58,635 bases of DNA from Bacteroidia bacterium (GTDB taxonomy: Bacteria > Bacteroidota > Bacteroidia > NS11-12g > UBA955). Shown in pieces: positions 45,058 through 52,455 of this stretch. The notes under the pieces were generated by a model. The model saw only the letters and a program-made list of their open reading frames with translations. It was not told where the DNA came from and did no database searches. Within the stretch, counting starts at the first letter, position 1. Every line of letters starts with the position of its first letter. The stretch is taken from positions 1-58,635 of the forward strand of contig JBIPNH010000005.1 of NCBI GenBank assembly GCA_044373665.1. Reading direction: 5' to 3'. A program made the translations under genes and the position numbers.

Positions 45058-47156
45058 AAAGAGAGTTTTAAATAAATAGTGGAACCTTTAATGATTTTCG
45101 ATTGAGCAGGGATTGATTGTTGAACCACACTTCCTGCACCATTAATAATAACTTTCAAACCGCGATTCTCCAATAAATAAACAGCGTCTTTTGCGCCCAT
45201 TCCAGTTACATTTGGAACCAAGTCTGCTTGTGTTTTTAATTCAAGTAAATTAATGGATTTAATATCATAGTTGGTTCTTACCCATTCTGTTTCTGCTATA
45301 TCGGAAATTGTTTTACTGCTAATTTGCAGTTGATTTAATACGTTTTTAATATCCGTTCTGTTTCCGTTTTTTACGGAAGGCACGGAGGTCAGTGATGTTT
45401 GAACCAATGGTTTGTGAAAGCTTAAATTGGTGCTGTAAACTTTGTCTGCCACTTCTTTAAATACGGGTCCTGCAACTAAACCGCCGTAATAAACTCCGGC
45501 TGTAGGCGCATTAATAACGACGATGCAAGTGTATTGTGGATTGTTGGCAGGGAAATAGCCTACAAATGAGGCTTTGTGAGACGATTTATTATAACCACTG
45601 CCATTAGTTGCTATTTGTGCAGTTCCTGTTTTGCCCGCAACTTTATAGTCGAGTGCTTTCAAATTATTGGCAGTACCATTTTCTACAACCCCTTCTAACA
45701 ATTGCTTCAAAACTTTAATGGTTTCGGGTTTGCATATTTTTTTGTTTAAAATAACAGGTTTGTTTTTGTAAATAGATTTACCATAGTCTTTAATTTCTTT
45801 CACTATGAATGGTTTTATCATTTCACCTTGATTGGCAATGGCATTGTAAAAGGCAAGTATTTGTAATGAGCTTATTTCTAGTTCGTAGCCGATACTCATA
45901 AATGGTAGTGAAGTGCCACTCCAAGTTTTGTCTTTTGTGTTTTTAAGTTTAGGGAGTCGAGTAGATTTAATGTCAAAATCTAAGGATTCATGTAAGCCTA
46001 AGTTAAAAGCGTGCGCTAAGAATTTATCGGGATTGTTTTTGTAATGTTTTTGAACGGTTTTGGCAATGCCTACATTGCTTGAGTGCTCAAATGCATATTG
46101 GAAAGTAACGTATTTATATGGAGAATCATGTGCGTCAACCATTTTTAATGGGCCAAATTTGGTTTCGCCCCATTCTATGTCGATAGAGTCGTTTAAATTT
46201 ACATAACCATCTTCTAAAAGTGCAAGAGCACTAAGTAATTTAAAGGTACTTCCTGGGTCTGAAAATTCATTGATTGCATAGTTTTCAGCTTCGTAACATT
46301 CGTTGTTTTGGTTGCGTTTTAAATTCGCAATTGCTTTTACAGCACCAGTTTTAACCTCCATCAAAATAACTGAACCATGGTCGGCTTGGTTAGCAATTAA
46401 ACACTTTTTTAAAGCATTTTGAGCTACATCTTGAATATTAATGTCAATCGTAGTGTATACGTCGAACCCGTTTTTAGGGTCTATTTCTTTGTTGTCGTCT
46501 ATCGGTTTCCATACACCACCATAAAGCCTTTGTTCCAAACGTTTGCCAACTGTTCCGCTAAGCATAGAATCGTAAGCGCCTTCTAATCCAATTTTAATTC
46601 CTGATTGATTGGTGTATCCAATGGTTCTGCGCGCCAATTCACCAAAAGGAATCTCTCTTTTGAATTGTTCCATTTTGATAAACCCTCCCTTGTATTTTCC
46701 TAGAGAAAATATGGGCCATTTTCCCATGTTTTTTGCCGTAGTATAGTCGACATCTTTTTTAAGTAATAAATATCTTTCGCCTCTGTTACGAGCTGCTACT
46801 ATGTATTGTCTCCATTCGGGATAGGTTTTGTCTCTGAATTCTATTGATAATAGCAACGCCAAACTGTCTATTTTTTTGAAGAAATAATCATTGGTCATGC
46901 CATCTACTTTCGTATCCATTCTTATTTCGTACTTAGGAATACTAGTGGCAAGTAAACTGCCATCGTCCGAAAATATATTACCTCTCGAAGCTTGAACAGC
47001 ACGCCATTTGGTGCTTTGTGCCAAGCTTATTTTATTGTATTTGACTGATTGGTAAACTTGAAGTTTGAAAATTTGAACAAAAATAGCCACAGCAAATCCA
47101 AGGATGAGCAAAAATGCTATCCACGAACGCAGTAATATGGCTTTTTTCAAATTCAT
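45054..47156 (-). CDS. ftsI: Class B penicillin-binding protein FtsI (PBP3-type transpeptidase) with C-terminal PASTA domain
   Basis: 700 aa with an N-terminal TM anchor. The transpeptidase motifs are a SxxK motif within DPGSTFK (STFK), SSN and KTGT. The C-terminal segment VPNVTGMGAKDAVYLLENRGLKVIINGAGSVVQQSIPAQSKIIKGSTIYLKL looks like a PASTA domain. Confidence 0.9.
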   Translation of the reverse strand: MNLKKAILLRSWIAFLLILGFAVAIFVQIFKLQVYQSVKYNKISLAQSTKWRAVQASRGNIFSDDGSLLATSIPKYEIRMDTKVDGMTNDYFFKKIDSLALLLSIEFRDKTYPEWRQYIVAARNRGERYLLLKKDVDYTTAKNMGKWPIFSLGKYKGGFIKMEQFKREIPFGELARRTIGYTNQSGIKIGLEGAYDSMLSGTVGKRLEQRLYGGVWKPIDDNKEIDPKNGFDVYTTIDINIQDVAQNALKKCLIANQADHGSVILMEVKTGAVKAIANLKRNQNNECYEAENYAINEFSDPGSTFKLLSALALLEDGYVNLNDSIDIEWGETKFGPLKMVDAHDSPYKYVTFQYAFEHSSNVGIAKTVQKHYKNNPDKFLAHAFNLGLHESLDFDIKSTRLPKLKNTKDKTWSGTSLPFMSIGYELEISSLQILAFYNAIANQGEMIKPFIVKEIKDYGKSIYKNKPVILNKKICKPETIKVLKQLLEGVVENGTANNLKALDYKVAGKTGTAQIATNGSGYNKSSHKASFVGYFPANNPQYTCIVVINAPTAGVYYGGLVAGPVFKEVADKVYSTNLSFHKPLVQTSLTSVPSVKNGNRTDIKNVLNQLQISSKTISDIAETEWVRTNYDIKSINLLELKTQADLVPNVTGMGAKDAVYLLENRGLKVIINGAGSVVQQSIPAQSKIIKGSTIYLKLSL

Positions 47157-47158
47157 AT

Positions 47159-47530
47159 TTAATCTTTTTTAAGGATAATAGGTGGCGTTGTTAATTCTTT
47201 TAAACCTTCAGTTTCTAGTCTTTTTGACACTTCACTCGGATTGCTTTTTTTCATCAAGTTGCTTTTTACACTGATGTATTCAGACCTTAGTTCATTGATT
47301 TCTTTTTTTAACTCATCTTCGTTTTTTAAACTTTTAACATGGAAATGAGAAAGAGAAACATATAAAATGGTTGTAAAAACCAAAAGCAAAATCAATGGAA
47401 TAAGGTCATTTAGTTGTTCTTTTTTAATGAAAAAAGTAAATTCACTAACCTTGTTGATTGTAGAATCTACATTGTTTTCAACCCCAGGGTTTTGCGTTTG
47501 TTCTTTGGGCGAGGGTCTAAACTTATTCAT
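47159..47530 (-). CDS. FtsL-like small bitopic cell-division protein
   Basis: 123 aa with one TM helix (LIPLILLLVFTTILYVSL) followed by a coiled-coil (KNEDELKKEINELRSEY). It occupies the ftsL slot between rsmH and ftsI and overlaps the rsmH stop by 4 nt. Confidence 0.6.
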   Translation of the reverse strand: MNKFRPSPKEQTQNPGVENNVDSTINKVSEFTFFIKKEQLNDLIPLILLLVFTTILYVSLSHFHVKSLKNEDELKKEINELRSEYISVKSNLMKKSNPSEVSKRLETEGLKELTTPPIILKKD

Positions 47531-48441
47531 ATTTTTTCGGCAATTCTTAATTTAGCAGAACGGGCTCTTTTATTAATTCCAATTTCCTCATCTGTTGGGA
47601 TAATTGGTTTTTTGGTAATGACTTTAAAAGGGGTGTTTTTATTTCCGAAAAAATCTTTTGAAACCTCCCCATCTACATGACCTGAATTAATAAAGTTTTT
47701 TACAATACGGTCTTCCAAAGAATGGTAGCTCATTATCACTAATCTTCCTCCAGGTTTTAAGCAATCAACAACATTTTCAAGTAGCGTTTCCAAAGCGCTC
47801 ATTTCATCATTAACCGCTATTCTTAAAGCTTGAAAAACAGGAGATAAATATTTGCTTTCCTCCCTTTGTGGAATACAATTTTTGATAGCCGTTTTAAAAT
47901 CCTGAATGGTAACAATAGGAGTTTGTTTTCTATAGGTAAGTATAGAGTGAACTAATTTATAAGCGTTTTTTATTTCTCCATATAGGTTAAAGATTTTAAG
48001 AAGCTCTTGTTCACTATAGGTCATTACAATGTGAGCAGCTGTTAATGGGTTTTTTTGATCCATTCGCATGTCCAAAGGGCCTTCCAAGCGGTGAGCAAAT
48101 CCCTTTTCGCCTTCATTAATCTGAAAAGAAGAAATACCTAAGTCGCCCAAAATGCCATCAACAGGTGCTGCATTTAGGTAAATTAAAAATTGTTTTAAAT
48201 ACTTAAAGTTATGGTTGATAAAAACACAGCGTTCATCGTCGGGAATGTTTTGAATGGCATCAGAATCTTGGTCAAAAACATAAAGTTTGCCGTTCTCATT
48301 CAGTTGACTTAAAATAGCTTTACTGTGTCCGCCACCGCCAAAAGTCAAGTCTACATAGGTGCCATCTGGTTTAATTTGAAGTCCTTCAAGGCACTCCTTT
48401 AACATTACCGGAATGTGATATGCCTCATTTGTCATCACCAT
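47527..48441 (-). CDS. rsmH: 16S rRNA (cytosine1402-N4)-methyltransferase RsmH (MraW)
   Basis: 304 aa with YHIPVML, YVDLTFGGGGHS, GILGDLGISS and SYHSLEDRIVK. Confidence 0.93.
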   Translation of the reverse strand: MVMTNEAYHIPVMLKECLEGLQIKPDGTYVDLTFGGGGHSKAILSQLNENGKLYVFDQDSDAIQNIPDDERCVFINHNFKYLKQFLIYLNAAPVDGILGDLGISSFQINEGEKGFAHRLEGPLDMRMDQKNPLTAAHIVMTYSEQELLKIFNLYGEIKNAYKLVHSILTYRKQTPIVTIQDFKTAIKNCIPQREESKYLSPVFQALRIAVNDEMSALETLLENVVDCLKPGGRLVIMSYHSLEDRIVKNFINSGHVDGEVSKDFFGNKNTPFKVITKKPIIPTDEEIGINKRARSAKLRIAEKI

Positions 48442-48907
48442 TGTCCGTAGAATTGTTTAATTGTTGATTGCCCATTAATTCTTCTGCCATTTTAGAGAAT
48501 TCTTCCTCGTCAAACTTCAATTCTTCGTCGTAATGTTTTTTATCCCAAATTTCAATTTTGTGATTGTAACATGAAATAACAATATCGTCTTTCAATGAAG
48601 CGTAATCAATTAAAGTGTTGGGAATGTTTATTCTGCTGTTGCTGTCAATAGAAACAATGTTAGCGCCGTTGTTAAATTGACGAATGAATTTTCTGGCGTT
48701 ACGATTGAAATCGTTTAATACATTCAACTTTTCTGTTTCCATATTCCAATCTACAGAAGTGTAAAGCACTAAGCATTTTTCAAAACCTCTGTTGATGATC
48801 ATTGTTTTGGCGTCTTTATCCTCAATTTGAGCGCGCAACTTTACAGGAAGAATGATTCTCCCTTTGTTGTCTATTTTACACTCAAATTCTCCTATAAATC
48901 TTGCCAT
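48425..48907 (-). CDS. mraZ: Transcriptional regulator MraZ
   Basis: 160 aa with FIGEFECKIDNKGRIILP and a second DSNSRINIP unit (duplicated SpoVT/AbrB-like DXXXR motif). It is the first gene of the dcw operon. Confidence 0.93.
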   Translation of the reverse strand: MARFIGEFECKIDNKGRIILPVKLRAQIEDKDAKTMIINRGFEKCLVLYTSVDWNMETEKLNVLNDFNRNARKFIRQFNNGANIVSIDSNSRINIPNTLIDYASLKDDIVISCYNHKIEIWDKKHYDEELKFDEEEFSKMAEELMGNQQLNNSTDNGDDK

Positions 48908-48950
48908 GAAATGGTTTTAATTAATTACTCGGTAAAAATAAATCTAAAAA

Positions 48951-48980
48951 CCCCACTTTCCTCCACTTTCCTCCACTTTG
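48951..48980 (-). promoter_or_regulatory. MraZ operator: three direct AAAGTGG repeats at 10-bp phasing
   Basis: The minus strand reads AAAGTGGAGG AAAGTGGAGG AAAGTGGGGT, ending 43 nt upstream of the mraZ ATG. This matches the known arrangement of three GTGG-containing direct repeats bound by MraZ. Confidence 0.65.
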
Positions 48981-49195
48981 TTGATAAATATTTATAGTTT
49001 TGTATTTAATTAATTGATAGTCAAATAATTGATATGTTTATTTTGGTTTAATTTTGGGTAATAAAAAGTCGTTTATTGGCGCTTATTTGGGGGTATGACC
49101 AAAAAAATGAACAGTAAAAAAAGTAAGATTTTGCTGAAACGCTTCGGAAGTGTGGTTTTTTGGGGTAGAAAATTTAAAGTACGAAAAGGCAGTCA

Positions 49196-49223
49196 TTTTT
49201 TACTGAATTATTTCAGTAAAAAA
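49196..49223 (-). terminator. Possible weak bidirectional terminator downstream of the lipoprotein gene
   Basis: Perfect palindrome TTTTTTACTGAA-TTAT-TTCAGTAAAAAA, 42 nt past the stop at 49265. The core stem is only 6 bp and AT-rich, so confidence is low. Confidence 0.35.
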
Positions 49224-49264
49224 TGAGTTTGTAAACCTTTGAGAAATTATGGCTAAAGGTGCTA

Positions 49265-49813
49265 TTAAAGTTCTTTGAATGAACCTATAATACGGTCGAA
49301 ATCGGGCTCGTATTTTTTGAAATCTTCTTTCAACGTCCAAACGTAAACTTGGTAAAAGCCGTTTTTGCCTTCAAGAATGGCTTTTTTGCCTTTGGAAACT
49401 GTTTTTTTATCTCCTTGTGTAATTTCAGTTTCTATTTCCAAAATCTCACCCTTCATGCCATTCACTTTTATTTCTTTTTGAAGTAGTGTTTTGGTAGGCA
49501 ATTCGGTTAAAGCATCTTGATTGTTTTTTAATATCAGCACATAGTCTTCCAAAGACATATCTTCATAACCATAAAGACTTAATGTGTCTTTATGTTCGTC
49601 TAACACCAAGCAATAAAATTCTTTTTTCTGATTGCTGTATGACATACTTGCTTCGGTAGTCAATGTGTTGTCAGGTGAAAGAAAGGAAGGGTATTCTACC
49701 GTATATTTATTTGAAGCTGTAAATGTTTTCCATTTTGTTTCTAGTTGATTGCACGCAGATATTATAAGAGTAGATGTTAAAATGAAAAGAAAGCTGTTTT
49801 TGAATAACTTCAT
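49265..49813 (-). CDS. Lipoprotein of unknown function
   Basis: 182 aa with a lipobox-type signal (LTSTLIISAC). No recognisable motif. Confidence 0.55.
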   Translation of the reverse strand: MKLFKNSFLFILTSTLIISACNQLETKWKTFTASNKYTVEYPSFLSPDNTLTTEASMSYSNQKKEFYCLVLDEHKDTLSLYGYEDMSLEDYVLILKNNQDALTELPTKTLLQKEIKVNGMKGEILEIETEITQGDKKTVSKGKKAILEGKNGFYQVYVWTLKEDFKKYEPDFDRIIGSFKEL

Positions 49814-49865
49814 CGATAAAAAATTAAATTAATGCAATTTTACATCATTTAGTCGGGTTTTTCTT

Positions 49866-49873
49866 TATTTTTG
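49866..49873 (+). promoter_or_regulatory. Candidate -7 promoter box (TATTTTTG)
   Basis: Exact TAnnTTTG match 14 nt upstream of the ATG at 49888. Confidence 0.35.
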
Positions 49874-49887
49874 TTTTGCCTATTTTT

Positions 49888-50199
49888 ATGAAATCATTTT
49901 TATTATATGATTATTTTGGATTGGAAGTTTATTTCCAAGGGGAACCTACATTGCCTATTACAGTTTATGGGAAAAGAGGAAGTTTAAAAGCTGCAAAAAC
50001 CATATTTCTAAAGGATGGTTTGCTTCACAGTATAAAAGACAACAAAGTTGACAATGCCTTAGACGATTCTGACCAGGAATTGTTCAATCAATTAGTGGAA
50101 AGCAATGTAGCTGAAATTATTAAATCGTGGATAGATATTAATGTTTATGGCATAAAAAAACAACCTGAACTTATTAAGAACAGGCTGTCATCAAATTAA
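49888..50199 (+). CDS. Small hypothetical protein
   Basis: About 103 aa from the ATG at 49888 (MKSFLLYDYF). It has no signal peptide and no motif I can name with confidence. Confidence 0.4.
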   Translation: MKSFLLYDYFGLEVYFQGEPTLPITVYGKRGSLKAAKTIFLKDGLLHSIKDNKVDNALDDSDQELFNQLVESNVAEIIKSWIDINVYGIKKQPELIKNRLSSN

Positions 50200-50212
50200 A
50201 GGTTTTAAAAAT

Positions 50213-51355
50213 TTATTTTAAGATATCTCTTGAAATTACCACTCTTTGTACTTCACTAGTACCTTCGTAAATTTGGGTAATTTTAGCGTCTCTCATTAAT
50301 CTTTCTACATGGTATTCTTTTACATAGCCATAACCGCCATGTATTTGAACCGCTTCTGTAGTGGTTTTCATAGCAACTTCACTGGCAAATAATTTAGCCA
50401 TGCTACTTGCTCTGCCATAATCCATGCCGTTGTCTTTCAACCAAGCTGCTTTCAAGCATAACAATCTTGCTGCTTCTATTTCTGTTGCCATGTCGGCCAA
50501 TTTGAACTGAATAGCTTGGTGGTTTTTAATTTCTGTACCAAATGCTTTTCTTTCTTTGGCATATTGTAAAGCAAGCTCATAAGCACCACTCGCAATACCT
50601 AATGCTTGTGCAGCAATACCTATACGACCACCAGTTAAGGTTTTCATGGCGAATTTAAATCCAAATCCATCTTCACCAATTCTATTTGCTTTAGGGACTT
50701 TTACATCCGTAAACATCAAAGAATGTGTATCACTTCCTCTGATTCCCATTTTATCTTCTTTTTTACCAATTACAAAGCCTTCCATGCCTCTTTCAACAAT
50801 AAAGGCATTGATACCTTTGTGACCTGCTTCAACATTGGTTTGTGCTATTACTAAGTAAAAAGTAGCTGATTTTCCGTTGGTAATCCAGTTTTTTGTACCG
50901 TTTAGTAAGTAATAATCGCCCATGTCAACCGCAGTGGTTCTTTGTGAAGTGGCATCACTACCCGCCTCAGGTTCACTTAAACAAAATGCGCCGTGAACTT
51001 CGCCTTTAGCCAATGGAATTAAAAACTTTTGCTTTTGCTCTTCATTTCCGAAAGTTTCCAAACCCCAACAAACCAAAGAATTGTTTACAGATACTACAAC
51101 CGAAGCTGAAGCGTCTATTTTGCTCAATTCTTCCATTGCCAAAACATAGCTGATAGTGTCCATGCCACTTCCGCCGTATTTAGGGTCAACCATCATACCC
51201 AAAAAACCTAGTTCTCCTAATTTTCTGATCTGAGCCTCAGGAAACTCTTGGTTGTTGTCTCTGTCAATTACACCCGGTAACAATTCTGTTTGAGCGAAAT
51301 CTCTGGCGGCTTGTTGAACCGCTATTTGTTCTTCTGATAAGTCAAAATGCATCAT
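50213..51355 (-). CDS. Acyl-CoA dehydrogenase (short/medium-chain, butyryl-CoA dehydrogenase-like)
   Basis: 380 aa with CLSEPEAGSDA, the WITNG motif (KNWITNG), a GG(R/L)IGIAAQALG-type block and QIHGGYGY...ERLMRDAKITQIYEGTSEVQ. Confidence 0.9.
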   Translation of the reverse strand: MMHFDLSEEQIAVQQAARDFAQTELLPGVIDRDNNQEFPEAQIRKLGELGFLGMMVDPKYGGSGMDTISYVLAMEELSKIDASASVVVSVNNSLVCWGLETFGNEEQKQKFLIPLAKGEVHGAFCLSEPEAGSDATSQRTTAVDMGDYYLLNGTKNWITNGKSATFYLVIAQTNVEAGHKGINAFIVERGMEGFVIGKKEDKMGIRGSDTHSLMFTDVKVPKANRIGEDGFGFKFAMKTLTGGRIGIAAQALGIASGAYELALQYAKERKAFGTEIKNHQAIQFKLADMATEIEAARLLCLKAAWLKDNGMDYGRASSMAKLFASEVAMKTTTEAVQIHGGYGYVKEYHVERLMRDAKITQIYEGTSEVQRVVISRDILK

Positions 51356-51362
51356 TGGACTG

Positions 51363-51370
51363 CAAAAATA
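51363..51370 (-). promoter_or_regulatory. Candidate -7 promoter box (TATTTTTG) for the acyl-CoA dehydrogenase gene
   Basis: Exact TAnnTTTG match on the minus strand, 7 nt upstream of the ATG at 51355. Confidence 0.4.
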
Positions 51371-51462
51371 AGGGCTTTACTTTATTTATGAAACAGTTTA
51401 TTAAAATTTCTTTGGTTATTGGTTTTATTTATAAATAGCTTTGTACCCTATTTTTTACTAAA

Positions 51463-52455
51463 ATGCTCATTATCAAAAATTACAATACCGACCCTTATTT
51501 TAATTTGGCTGCCGAGGAATATTTATTGAAACAGTTTGATGACGATATTTTTACCCTTTGGCGTAATGATAATGCTATTATTGTGGGTAAACACCAAAAT
51601 ACTTTAGCAGAAATTAATGTAGATGTAGTCAACGAAAAAAACATCAAAGTAATCCGTCGCCTCTCTGGCGGTGGTACTGTTTTTCATGATTTGGGGAATT
51701 TGAATTTTACTTTTATTACCAACGCTAAAAATAAAGATGAAATCAAAATTGATTTTAAATTCTTTACAATGCCAATTATTGAGGTACTCAAAACATTAGG
51801 AGTAAATGCCGAATTCAGCGGCCGAAACGACTTGTTGATTGATGGAATGAAAATAAGTGGGAATGCTGAACATATTTACCATCAAAAGAAAAGAACCCTG
51901 CACCACGGTACTCTATTATTCGCCAGTCAAATAGCAGATTTGTCTGCGGCACTCAAAGTAAATCCACTTAAATTCGAAGACAAAGCGGTAAAATCGGTTA
52001 GAAGTAGGGTTACTAACATAAGTAGTCACATGCCATCTGCCCTTTCGGTAGAGGAGTTTTACCAAAAAATAATTGAATTTATGGCATCACATTATCAGAA
52101 TGTTCGCTTTTATGAATACTCTGATACTGATGTAGCTGCTATTGAACAATTGGCAAACGAAAAATACAAAACTTGGGAATGGAATTTTGGTTATTCGCCC
52201 AAATACACGTTCAAAAAAAGCAGTAAATCGCCCGGAGGATTTATTGAAGTTTATTTAATGGTGGAGAAAGGTTACATTGAACAAGCCAAAATTCATGGGG
52301 ATTTCTTTAATGCTAAGGAGGTTGAAGAGCTTGAGTTGTTATTGTTAAATTGTCCTCACAATGCGGAACAAATTCGTATAAAATTAAGAGAGGTTAATAT
52401 TGAGGATTATATTACAGGGTGTTCTCTCGACCATTTTTTAGAAGCCCTATTTTAG
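51463..52455 (+). CDS. lplA: Lipoate--protein ligase A
   Basis: 330 aa with NPYFNLAAEEYLL, IVGKHQNTLAEIN, RRLSGGGTVFHDLGN and KISGNAE...HHGTLLF. Confidence 0.88.
   Translation: MLIIKNYNTDPYFNLAAEEYLLKQFDDDIFTLWRNDNAIIVGKHQNTLAEINVDVVNEKNIKVIRRLSGGGTVFHDLGNLNFTFITNAKNKDEIKIDFKFFTMPIIEVLKTLGVNAEFSGRNDLLIDGMKISGNAEHIYHQKKRTLHHGTLLFASQIADLSAALKVNPLKFEDKAVKSVRSRVTNISSHMPSALSVEEFYQKIIEFMASHYQNVRFYEYSDTDVAAIEQLANEKYKTWEWNFGYSPKYTFKKSSKSPGGFIEVYLMVEKGYIEQAKIHGDFFNAKEVEELELLLLNCPHNAEQIRIKLREVNIEDYITGCSLDHFLEALF

Noticed and set aside
33544-48907. Absence of murF, ddl and murB from the dcw cluster as an anomaly
   Set aside because: As far as I know, the order mraZ-rsmH-ftsL-ftsI-murE-mraY-murD-ftsW-murG-murC-ftsQ-ftsA-ftsZ, with murF elsewhere, is the usual arrangement in Bacteroidota. 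It is not a deletion or a novelty.
49095-49223. 42-codon basic ORF (MTKKMNSKKSKILLKRFGSVVFWGRKFKVRKGSHFLLNYFSKK) in the mraZ upstream region
   Set aside because: It has no promoter box or ribosome-binding context, and its composition is just translated A-rich DNA. Its 3' end is the palindrome I interpret as a weak terminator. No support beyond an open frame.
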